Below the pieces are notes generated by a model. That model was not told where the DNA came from. It was given only the letters and a program-made list of their open reading frames with translations, and ran no database searches. A stretch of 62,849 nt of DNA, counting the filler, from Asterionella formosa (Eukaryota): the NCBI GenBank assembly GCA_002256025.1. It is 14 parts of 14 records of this genome, joined end to end, with 100 filler letters (N's around TTAATTAATTAA, not from the genome) between each part and the next. Parts side by side here need not be neighbours in the genome. Positions count along the whole stretch, not along the records: positions 1 to 22,513 come from NKIB01002706.1; 13 more parts are not named here. One strand, 5' to 3'. The translations under genes were made by a program, and so were the position numbers. This document shows, piece by piece, positions 1-9,351 of the stretch. Every line of letters starts with the position of its first letter. The first letter of the stretch is position 1.

Positions 1-115
1 CTTGAAAGTTCTTGTAGCACGCGTATGCGAAAAACTTCGCTTTCCACATGTGCCATTTAGCATCTTGCCCATCGAATGTCGGCAACCTCACTGACGTGTC
101 TTCGTCACTTCCCAT
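1..115 (-). CDS. gag: N-terminus of Ty1/copia gag (partial, runs off the window edge)
   Basis: Minus-strand ATG at 115 reads MGSDEDTSVRLPTFDGQDAKWHMWKAKFFAYACYKNFQ, a typical copia gag start (FDG..W..W..KF.AY), 45 nt downstream of the LTR at 161-539. Confidence 0.8.
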   Translation of the reverse strand, partial: MGSDEDTSVRLPTFDGQDAKWHMWKAKFFAYACYKNFQ

Positions 116-160
116 CGTTCCTGAGTAGCCTGTGGCCTTAAAAGTGAACGCTTTAAAGCG

Positions 161-539
161 TGTTGAAAGGTCTCGTACTCCTTCCCGTCTGACGGGTTCC
201 TCTTACGTAAAACTTACCTGCTATACCACTAGTATTGTTATCTTCTTTCTGCTGCTAGCCTTCGTGCTAGTTTTCGCTATTGACCTTACTCTGTCAATTC
301 TCACTGTTTCTTAATTATAAGATTAAACTAAAACTAAGTTTCAATCCCATTCATCACACTTCGAGAACCTGTTCTTCGTGTTCCCTTTTCGTTGATGTAA
401 ACCTTCTTCTGATTGATCTAAGACATCAATCTCGTTAGCAAGCTTCTTGACATGGGAACGCACCATTTGACTCATTGGACTATAGTCGAGTCCACAGTCC
501 TTGTGACTCATTATAGCCATTGATGCTATATTCTTGACA
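161..539 (-). mobile_element. 5' LTR (379 bp) of a Ty1/copia (CoDi-like) retrotransposon
   Basis: TGT...ACA termini; near-identical to 46007-46385 (3 substitutions seen by eye); followed by gag on the minus strand. Confidence 0.92.
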
Positions 540-574
540 GGGGTACAGGGGGATACAATCTTGCTTCTATGTAG

Positions 575-725
575 CTCGTCTTGAAAACATAGTACGGTAT
601 CTATCCTGTCATTTACCGGAAGATCTTATCAACATAACTACCGGTATGGTACCTGGTACCTGGTACCAGGTACATATCAATGTCAATGGTACCAGGTACC
701 TGGTACCCCTGTTACTACCTGGTAC
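575..725. repeat. Cluster of TA-CCWGG-TA / TA-CCGG-TA modules (GGTACC-rich)
   Basis: taccggtatggtacctggtacctggtaccaggtac and ggtaccaggtacctggtacc; the same modules recur at many intergenic sites. Confidence 0.8.
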
Positions 726-1147
726 AACCATCAGTATGTATTCGACGGTATTTATGCCGTATTTAGTATAAGCAATATTTATAAAAGAGACCGGTACACA
801 ATGTTGTGACTACATACTGTATAATCTTCAGTGCTGGTGGTAGAATAGATTTCCATCGACGACTAATCAATTCCATTTCTGTTGATTGTCACATTGTTTA
901 AAACTTCTTTCAATGTGATTCAATTACACCAGTGACCTGGAAGACCTGTTACAATTTCTCACTTGCCCAGAGCATCATCACTTCAATCTGTGCTTTTGTT
1001 CTGACAGTCTTCACAAAGTCGCTTTCATAATTACATCGCAGTGTTTGCTCATCGCCCATCACCGCTGGCCTCGCTCGAGTACATCCAAACTTGGAAGGAG
1101 TAGCCTGTAACTAGGGACCATACTTCAATCAAATCAACGTCGAGGAG

Positions 1148-2671
1148 ATGATATGCCTTGCTCTTGCGTACTTCTCAGCGGCGCTGCTTTCCACTGCCAA
1201 CGCATTCGTACCCCAAGTAAGGCATCAATCCTCCCGGCCATTGTCAAGATTTATCCGTGTTTCTGATCCAAGAATAGATGGCAATGAATCGCCTGCTGAC
1301 AACGTCAGACGAACCCTGCTGGCTTCTATTCTCGCTATTTATTCTGTGCTCGCACCTGCTGCTCAAGCATCGGACGAACCGACTAGCAACAAGGTAGTCC
1401 TCTCGGCCGCAACGGCGCCACTACGATATGTGGGCACTTCCACATCAGCTGTCGCACAGGCCTCGACCGACACCCCTTTCTGCATCGATGCTGACACAAG
1501 TCGCATGGAAATATTTGAGCGTACTGCTCCCTCGGTAGTATTTATTGATACATTTACAGAACAACGCGATCAATTCAGTACTAATGTTATGGAAGTGCCA
1601 CTTGGCAGTGGCTCAGGATTTGTTTGGGATGATAAGGGACACGTGGTTACAAACTATCACGTGGTGCGAAATGCTAGATCAGCATCGGTGGCTATCCTAA
1701 CAAGAGTGTTTCCAGAGGAACAAGACGACAGGGTAATTACGAGTGCCAAGCAGCTTCCGATCAGCAACGCTGGATACAAACTGTCCAAAACCGATTCATC
1801 AATGCGACCGAATGCACAAGGGACTGGAATGACGGACTACAAGAGAAAAGTATACAGAGCTCGCGTTGTCGGTATCGACCCTGGTAAGGATATTGCCGTT
1901 CTCAAAGTTGACGCGCCTGTATTTGATCTGTACCCGATTGAACTAGGCAGCTCCAAAGGAGTGAGGGTTGGTCAAACAGCACTCGCCATTGGGAACCCTT
2001 TTGGACTGGACCATACTTTGACAGCCGGGATTATTAGTGGCCTTGGTCGCGAAGTTCGCTCACCCACGGGTCAGCCTATTTCCAATGTCATTCAAACCGA
2101 CGCTGCCATAAATCCGGGCAATTCAGGGGGCACGTTGTTGGACGGGAGTGGGAAATTAATTGGGATGAATACTGCCATTTATTCTCCATCAGGTGCTTCG
2201 GCTGGGATCGGCTTTGCCATTCCAGTGGATACTGTAAAATTTATTGTTGACACACTAATTCGCGATGGGAAAGTCATTCGTCCAGTTTTAGGTATTTCAT
2301 ATCTACAATCCAAACAGGCAAGGGCATTGGGTATTTCTAGGGGGGTGTTGGTACTGGACGTTCCTGTTGATAGTCCTGCTTATAAAGCTGGTATGAAACC
2401 AACTCGACGAACTGAGAGTGGATTAATTGAAATTGGGGATATCATTGTCAATGTAAACGGAACGGAAATCAACACCGAGGGTGATCTCTTTCAAGCCCTT
2501 GAGAATTTCAAACCGGGTGACCGAGTCAAGGTGACGGTGAATCGCCTCGAGCCCAATGGAAATGGATTGATTGCTAAAGAGGCTATCTTGACCATTCAGC
2601 TAAAAGCAAGCCCAACTGTTTCGCAGTCTCTGCAGTTTAATGGTGATAATGCTGATGGATCATTTGAGTAG
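1148..2671 (+). CDS. DEG1: Deg1/HtrA-family serine protease with PDZ domain, predicted thylakoid lumen
   Basis: GSGSGF, TNYHVV (His), DIAVLK (Asp), IQTDAAINPGNSGG (Ser), C-terminal PDZ. N-terminus has a signal peptide ending ANA-FVP, then RRTLL plus a hydrophobic stretch ending AQA (Tat-type lumen signal). Confidence 0.92.
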   Translation: MICLALAYFSAALLSTANAFVPQVRHQSSRPLSRFIRVSDPRIDGNESPADNVRRTLLASILAIYSVLAPAAQASDEPTSNKVVLSAATAPLRYVGTSTSAVAQASTDTPFCIDADTSRMEIFERTAPSVVFIDTFTEQRDQFSTNVMEVPLGSGSGFVWDDKGHVVTNYHVVRNARSASVAILTRVFPEEQDDRVITSAKQLPISNAGYKLSKTDSSMRPNAQGTGMTDYKRKVYRARVVGIDPGKDIAVLKVDAPVFDLYPIELGSSKGVRVGQTALAIGNPFGLDHTLTAGIISGLGREVRSPTGQPISNVIQTDAAINPGNSGGTLLDGSGKLIGMNTAIYSPSGASAGIGFAIPVDTVKFIVDTLIRDGKVIRPVLGISYLQSKQARALGISRGVLVLDVPVDSPAYKAGMKPTRRTESGLIEIGDIIVNVNGTEINTEGDLFQALENFKPGDRVKVTVNRLEPNGNGLIAKEAILTIQLKASPTVSQSLQFNGDNADGSFE

Positions 2672-2739
2672 CAAGTGTATTGCAATGATACCGTCGTTCG
2701 GGCTACAAGATCAGAGAAATGATTTATTCTTCTATTTAA

Positions 2740-4572
2740 TTATTTATACTCCAACAGTTTGTCGCCTTCAAGATTAGTCATTGGATCTGCCATTCCTCGG
2801 TCCTTACGTATTCGATAGGCTTCCATCTCTTCCTCTGTCACATCAATGATGGCTCCCACAGAATTGTACTTTCGTTTGCGATCAGATGAGGCAGCATGAC
2901 TTTCGTCTTGTTCCAATTTTTTCATGGCAGCTTGCAACTTTTCCTTATCAATTGACGCCGATAAATCTGCTTCGCCATATAATTTTGATCCTAGCGGTTT
3001 CAGCGATTCTCCAGCCTTGCGATCTGGGATGGCCTTGAGCATTTCTCTTGCTTGAGCCAAAGCGGCAGATCCAGCCACTCCAGTTCCATACTTCATTTCA
3101 TTTGCTTCGTCATTGACCACTTTGCCGTTTGCTCCCGTGCAGTAGGAATTTCGAATCAAGGAATGATCGTCTTTATATCCCCATTTAAAGGCCCCCCTGT
3201 GAAAGTATGATCCCCACACGGTTGTGTGGCCATTGGAATACACGTCTTCTTGGTACTTGCACGGCAAGGCTGCTCTCTTCACGGCGACACCATTTTGAAG
3301 CAGGCGCCCATCTCTTGTGTACTCTTCTTGTGTCACGGATACTCCAAATCTCGCTTTTCTAGCTGCGGCAGATTCAACAGGTTTAGTTTCTGCTGCAGTT
3401 GCCAAGCCCCCTCCACCATCCAAATACTCAGCTCCTCCATACTTATCAAGCACAGCTTTTTTCTTTTTCGCCATCAAGTCTGTCGCTTTGACTTTGTATT
3501 CCTTCTTGAGTAGCTCCGCTTGACTTGGATTCGCCTGTGGATGTATACTTGTTGTTCCGATTTTCCCCGTCACATCCCAACTAAATAGTTGTGTTTCGGC
3601 CAAGCCGACAGCATCGCCCGATATTCTTGCTGCATTATCTCCTGCATATTGACTCTCCTCTGGTCCTTGCTCTGGATTCGGATTGTCTCTCATCGATCGT
3701 GACTTTGGGTCATAATATGCCGAATTGACATCTAAGTTACGCAAGTACTTGGCAGTGTCCTCTCGAATCCGTAAATTTCTTGCGGTAACTTTCATTTGAG
3801 CTCCTCCGACACCACCCTGTCTCGCAAGTCGGGAGGTAAATGTCTTTGCGTCCTCGTCCTTGACGACGAACTCGTCTTCTGAATCATCCGATCCCATGTC
3901 AGAATCAGAGTCCGCATCGTCCTGGTCGGCATCCTTGGTATTCTGCTTCGCCGTGGTGGTCAAGAGCAGGTCTTTTCGCATATCGTCTCTTGACTTGAAC
4001 TTGGCCTCCATATTTTTCAAATGGCTGTCCCCATCGAATCCTAGATAAGAATCTCGCTTGCTGTCGTATGTTTCCTTCCCAAATATCTTCGCGTCGATGA
4101 CATGAGCTCTGTTTCCCGTTTTCGTCCGTCGCACTCTGGGCTTGTCGGTCGGCTTCGTCGACAGTTTAATCTTGCGCTCCACACTTCCGTCTTCGTATTT
4201 GAGATCAATCTCTCTTCCATTCTTCGCAATCTTAATCACTTGACACATTTGATATGGCATTCTGTTGTTCTTCATCGCCTCCACCCACATGCCCACCTGG
4301 AATGTCGTTACCTTGCGGGCCTGCTGCAGCAGCGCATCGGCGGCCGACAAGGAGAGTTCCAGTTTGTCCTCTTCTAATCGCTGATCTCCTTGATGTTCCA
4401 AGGAGGGTCCCTCGTCGCCTCCGCCAAGGTACCATGGTCGCTTGGTGATAAAGTCTGGGTTGTGAGGATTGATAATGGCGTTGGTTTTGCTGTCGACAGC
4501 CGGGGGCGCTTGGCCCGATTGGCGGGCTTGTTGGAGCTTGAGCTCTTGTTGCCGTTCGGAAATGGAGGACAT
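2740..4572 (-). CDS. SLU7: Pre-mRNA splicing factor SLU7
   Basis: INPHNPDFITKRPWY, YDSKRD, RNLRIREDTAKYLRNLD..SAYYDPKSRSMRDNP, NGHTTVWGSYF, RKRKYNS, EEEMEAYR...DPM are SLU7 signature segments. Confidence 0.95.
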   Translation of the reverse strand: MSSISERQQELKLQQARQSGQAPPAVDSKTNAIINPHNPDFITKRPWYLGGGDEGPSLEHQGDQRLEEDKLELSLSAADALLQQARKVTTFQVGMWVEAMKNNRMPYQMCQVIKIAKNGREIDLKYEDGSVERKIKLSTKPTDKPRVRRTKTGNRAHVIDAKIFGKETYDSKRDSYLGFDGDSHLKNMEAKFKSRDDMRKDLLLTTTAKQNTKDADQDDADSDSDMGSDDSEDEFVVKDEDAKTFTSRLARQGGVGGAQMKVTARNLRIREDTAKYLRNLDVNSAYYDPKSRSMRDNPNPEQGPEESQYAGDNAARISGDAVGLAETQLFSWDVTGKIGTTSIHPQANPSQAELLKKEYKVKATDLMAKKKKAVLDKYGGAEYLDGGGGLATAAETKPVESAAARKARFGVSVTQEEYTRDGRLLQNGVAVKRAALPCKYQEDVYSNGHTTVWGSYFHRGAFKWGYKDDHSLIRNSYCTGANGKVVNDEANEMKYGTGVAGSAALAQAREMLKAIPDRKAGESLKPLGSKLYGEADLSASIDKEKLQAAMKKLEQDESHAASSDRKRKYNSVGAIIDVTEEEMEAYRIRKDRGMADPMTNLEGDKLLEYK

Positions 4573-5753
4573 GATGAGTGTTGTAGAAACTAGAAGCTAC
4601 TCGGAGTATTTGTAAAGTGGTATGTATTTGGAGTATTATTTAGACTTTAGTACCTGTTACCGCTAGTCCTCCTCAGTGCTTGGGCTGTTCCATAGTCGTA
4701 CCTGCTGCTGATGGGTTTAGCACTATGAAATACCTGATTGTAATACCAGTAGAAGCAAGAATGAGAATGCGGTTTTCCAAGCAGGCATGAATATCAGTAC
4801 TGTATACCCGGTCTACCGGTACCCGGTGTGTACTACCTACAAAAAGGTTTCACAATAATCAACTTTCAACTTCATGTAATTATTTAGCTAAGTTTATATT
4901 TAAGTGCATCCATATAAAAGGTTAACAAACTCGCCTCCAGGTTCCTATTATATTCCGTCGGCAGCCTGTAGCGCTGCTGCTGACACCCCCTCATTCATTA
5001 TGCCCATTTTGGACACTGCAGCCCCCTTTCCCTCCTCCTCCTCCCTCATATTCACACTCAACATGCTCTGTTAGACCTGCTCGTCCCTCCACAGCAAAAT
5101 CCGCCTGTTCCCTCCTGAGAAAAAGCATTTCACCTACTTTGCACACTTCTCACAGTGCTTTCTAGCTACTAGCAACAAAAACTCCTTTGCTACCACTTCC
5201 GATGATCATGTACTCACCTGGGAGCACCCCTGGCCCTCAGAAAATTCCAAGAAAGGGTCCTCTAGTATTGCTGCCACGCACACTCTCTGCCATTGAGCTG
5301 ACTTCTTGTCAACTGGTTTTTTGAGAAAAACAACAACTTTGCTTGCTACCATCTAGTACTGCTACTATGCTTACTTTCTCTCGCAATCAAAACCTTATAT
5401 TCTCTCACTTTCTCCTTCATACTCTAAGTGACATTTGGGCTCCTTGCCTAACTCATACCCAATATAGTTACCAGAAATCCCTTCCATACTCTAAAAGCCA
5501 CATGGGCTCCTTTCACAACTCTAATATCCAACAATTACAAAGAACAACTGGGCTCTGGGCCCCAGGATTGCAACCCAACACTCCACAAAAGTCGAGGATC
5601 TATAACCTGTATTTAAATTTTATTAGCAACTACGTAGTTTATAAATGCCAAGCCTGACCAAGGATGAGGAATACTGGTAGACAACAGTATTCAAGATTCC
5701 TATACTTAACTTCATTTATTAAGCGCCTTGAGACTATTCAAGTGTCAGTAGGG

Positions 5754-6012
5754 CATTCATTTTCGTCAAGCTCCTTGCGTTTCTTGTTGTTTCTGTTGAT
5801 TCTTTCATGTGTTTGTAGTTCATTGCTTACGCTGTAGTTATTGTGTAGTTCATCAAAGCGCCGGTGCAGACCCGCTTCCAATGCCAGTACATCGACAAAT
5901 GCGCTTTTCAATTGAATGCTGCATGATGTTGTTGCATTCCATTCATTTTCATCAAGCTCCTTGAGTTTTTTGTTGTTTCTGTTGATTCTTTCATTTGTTT
6001 GTAGCTCGTTGC
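5754..6012. repeat. Imperfect direct repeat, about 72 bp x2, 186 bp apart
   Basis: cattcattttc(g/a)tcaagctccttg..ttgttgtttctgttgattctttcat.tgtttgtag at about 5754-5825 and 5940-6012. Confidence 0.8.
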
Positions 6013-6445
6013 ATACAGTGTAGAGATTTGGTAGCAAGAGAGGTCTGATTTGATTGCGCGGCTGTTACTGTACATCGCCCTCCATGGTGAGATGGGGTGC
6101 TTACCAGTGCTAGTAGGATTGCTGTGATAGTACTAGTTTAGTTTCTTGTAGCTAGTAAATAGCTGCTTACTACGGAGTACAGAGTAGGTAAAAAAATATA
6201 TGCCGATAGCCAAGGTCAAGAAAGAATACATTTATTCGCAGTTGTTATTGTCTACCGTAGCTATACTTCATTGTCCTGAACCCCCCTGTACATTTTTTTC
6301 GAGGTGGCACCAAACACCCAATAATTTTCTAGACATAGACAAAGTAACGTGCTATAATTCTGATTTTTGTGGCGAAAATTGAATGAAGCTACCATTATAA
6401 ACTACCAGTAATATCGGTACTAACAATGCATACTACATATTAATC

Positions 6446-6859
6446 ATGTCAACAACAAGATCAGCAGCAATCAACAGCCGCCGAGATGGGGAGTTGCTTG
6501 GACTGAATGCTTCCAGCAATGGGCGCTCATGTGAGCAACATGAATGCTGCGGGAAAGCGGTTAAGGCTGATGATGTGATCAGGTTCAAGCTGGCCGTTGT
6601 GGAGGATGCATTGGTGGGCAAGCCATAGGTGAAGATCAAGGCTGTCCTCATCAAGGACGGCATGGAACTTTGCACTGTTGGGTTTCTGGGCAGAGAAATT
6701 GCAGCATTGCCTTCACAACGGAGCAAGTACATCGACAAGTTTGCGCAGGTTCTAGAACTATATGATGACAATGAAGATTCTATGATGAGAAAGAAGAGCA
6801 AGAGGAAGGCCGGAGTGGCTTCATTCCGCTTGATGGAGGATATTCAAGGCCAGGAGTAG
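6446..6859 (+). pseudogene. Passenger ORF of the pogo element, HIRAN-like fold with a C-x2-H-x2-C insert; one in-frame TAG at 6626-6628
   Basis: ORFs 6446-6628 and 6629-6859 are one frame: ELLGLNASSNGRSCEQHECCG..V...DVIRF...KIKAVLIKDG..CTVGFLGREIA, resembling the HIRAN pattern (VvG ... AI.V....G..VGYLPR..A). Confidence 0.55.
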
Positions 6860-7151
6860 ATTCGATTGTAGCAGTCCTCAATAACGAAATAGAAATGCAT
6901 TCTATACTATTTGTTATAATATTGTAGAACAGAAAATAGAATCTAGAGTCATTTCCTTTAGCATTTATAGTGATTCACATCAACTGTAGTTCTACTAGCT
7001 TCAACACGAAAAATCGAATCATAAAGCTGTTTAACATTAACGCTATGGAATTGCTTCTACAAATCAATAATATTACAATAGAGCATGCTTAAACAGACTA
7101 TAAAGTTATATTTCTAGTCACATGCTACACTTTTTGAATAAAATAGAGTCA

Positions 7152-8386
7152 TCAATCGCTTGCAATGTAACCAACCGCATTCCAAATGTTCAAAATTGTT
7201 GATTGTGACACCCTCAGCCAAGCTGTCCAAACCCACTGAGCGACATCCTGCCGCTTCACCTTTGTACCATGAGGATGGGCGACAATCCAGTCCTCATAGG
7301 CATTCCTAACAAAAGCCTTAAAGGGCTTGTTTACTCCAACGTCCAAAACTTAAGTTTTGATGTGTAGCCACGACCACAAATGAAGTCCACAGCAGTGCCA
7401 CAATCCTTAATTGCATTGAGGCTCGTCGCCATCAAATGCACCTGGAACTCATCCATCAGGAGGTAGCTTGGTTGAGAATCATGGCTGATTGTCCATGGTT
7501 TCCAGACTTCCCGAATCCAAAGCGCAAACACCGACTCATTGACCCACGCCTTCGCCTGACAACAATAAACCATCTGTGGGGGATCAGCAAACTGTTGATT
7601 GTTAAATTCTCGCTGGATCCTGGCATCAGGTGCTCCTTTGAAAACAACAAGAGGAGCAAGCTTCTCTCCAGACATGGTAACACCCAACAACACTGTGCAA
7701 CGCATGCTGCTGCCATTTGGTGCATAAACTGATGGTTTTCGCACCTTCATCAGCTAGCGTGAGCCCGCCTCCTGCCATATCGAAATAACGGTAAATGTTT
7801 GTCTCATCTATATTTACAATGCTAGCACGATGATACGACCCTTCAAGAAACTGTGCGTGCATATACTGGAGATACTCTTGCATGACAGTCAGTACATAGC
7901 GCGTGTTTTGTGCCTTGTGGGTGATACGACGATACACAATGTTTTGGGATGTGCACCGACGAGCTACACGCTGTTGAATAACGCTCAAGCTAGTACTAAC
8001 AACATGTCCCGCCAAGCGCTTCAGCTCAGCAGCAAGCAACATGATCGAACAAGCGCGATCATCACCACGAAGCTGATCATACAAGAGACAAATCGCAGCA
8101 AATTCAGTTGCACTATTGCTACGTGACTTGCCTAAATGAAAAGTTTGTTTTTTCAGTTGGAGACGCCCCTCATCCAACAATAAACCTTCTACATCAGAAT
8201 AGACTAACGATTGTCGAAATCATGAGAGTTAGCTTTCCAGTGCTGAATATTGCTGGCGCCGATGCCATACTTATGTTCAACAGCCTTGATGATGCTGGGG
8301 AGTTCCCATGCTTCATCCACGATGACGTGCTTTTCTTGCAAGGTGAAGAACTTTCTCATTTTTCACTTTTCGGAAACAGCGATCAT
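7152..8386 (-). pseudogene. pogo/CENP-B-like DDE_1 transposase, frameshifted
   Basis: N-terminal HTH (RKFFTLQEK...KYGIGASNIQHWK), NIDET, RCTVLL..TMSGEKLAPLVVFKG, QAKAWVNE, LLMDEF..H, GYTSKL..DVGVNKPFK, split over several frames with a TGA near the start. Confidence 0.9.
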
Positions 8387-8559
8387 ATTAATAAATATTA
8401 GAAAATTGCGCGCCATCCTGTAGAACTAATAAAATTAACTTAGGACTAGTATAAGGGAAATCTCTTCATTGTCCTGGACCCCCCTTAAGTAATATCAGTC
8501 AAATTCAGTCACGGCAGTGTACATTGGGGGGTCCAGGACAAAGAAGTATACGGTATGTG

Positions 8560-9060
8560 CTAAACTACCGGTTCAAAAATTGAAATACCGTAGAATTTAG
8601 GTATATAAACCGTTACCGGTATTTATGTCGATTACTGTGCCGGTAGTAACATTCCTACGTATGTAGGGTTCTCATCAAGGAGTACTTACTACCGGTACAA
8701 GCCTCATGGTACCAGGTACCCTTGTACCATCAGTACCAGCACGGTCCCTGAGATGTAGAGTACCTGGTACTGTAAATGAACTTACCAGCATATCATCTTA
8801 CCTGGTATCGTGATCATGTTGTCACCGGTACATGATTTCGATACAATCCAACTGCAGTACATATTGTACATCAAATATCAGTACAGACTAGAAAAGGCTA
8901 CCGGGTACGAGTTCCTGGTACGGAGTATGGAGTAACGGCACCTGGTATCAGGCACCAGGGATACTAACTATAGACCGGTATGTGTGGTAGACCAAGCACT
9001 GGTACTGGTACCAAGTACCAGGGTTACCGTACACAGTACCTGGTACGGTACACCATATGG
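8560..9060. repeat. Dispersed TA-(C..G)-TA module cluster next to the right pogo end
   Basis: Numerous taccggta, taccaggta, tacctggta, tactggta, tacggta units. Confidence 0.7.
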
Positions 9061-9351
9061 GTGCCGCAGTACATAGCAGCGACAGACGCTCTTCAATAAT
9101 TCGTCATGCAAGCAATCACAGCAGCTGAAGAAAATCGATTCTTCGTTCTGCGCACTAATCTTCCCCGTCTCCTTCATCAATTCGACATCATACGAGACAC
9201 GATCGTATCAGAAAATACTTACGTGTGTGGGCCCGCATTGATTCTATCATTCTTGAGACTGTTTCTTCCAACGAGCAGGTATAGAGATAAATTATAAGTA
9301 ATAACAATTCGATAACGATAACGATAACAATAACGATTTCGATACGTTCAC

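Larger units (their letters stand above)
6255..8553 (-). mobile_element. Complete pogo-type (Tc1/mariner superfamily) DNA transposon with TIRs and TA target duplication
   Basis: Left TIR 6255-6292 CCGTA[gcta]TACTTCATTGTCCTGAACCCCCCTGTACA; right TIR 8518-8553, reverse complement CCGTATACTTCTTTGTCCTGGACCCCCCAATGTACA; TA at 6253-54 and 8554-55; internal TIR copy at 8464-8484. Confidence 0.92.

Noticed and set aside
4900..5700. Possible coding remnant upstream of SLU7
   Set aside because: Stop-ridden, with no family motif recognised in the frames read.
6626..6628. Programmed TAG readthrough in the pogo passenger ORF
   Set aside because: The host element carries several other disabling mutations, so a simple nonsense mutation is more parsimonious.
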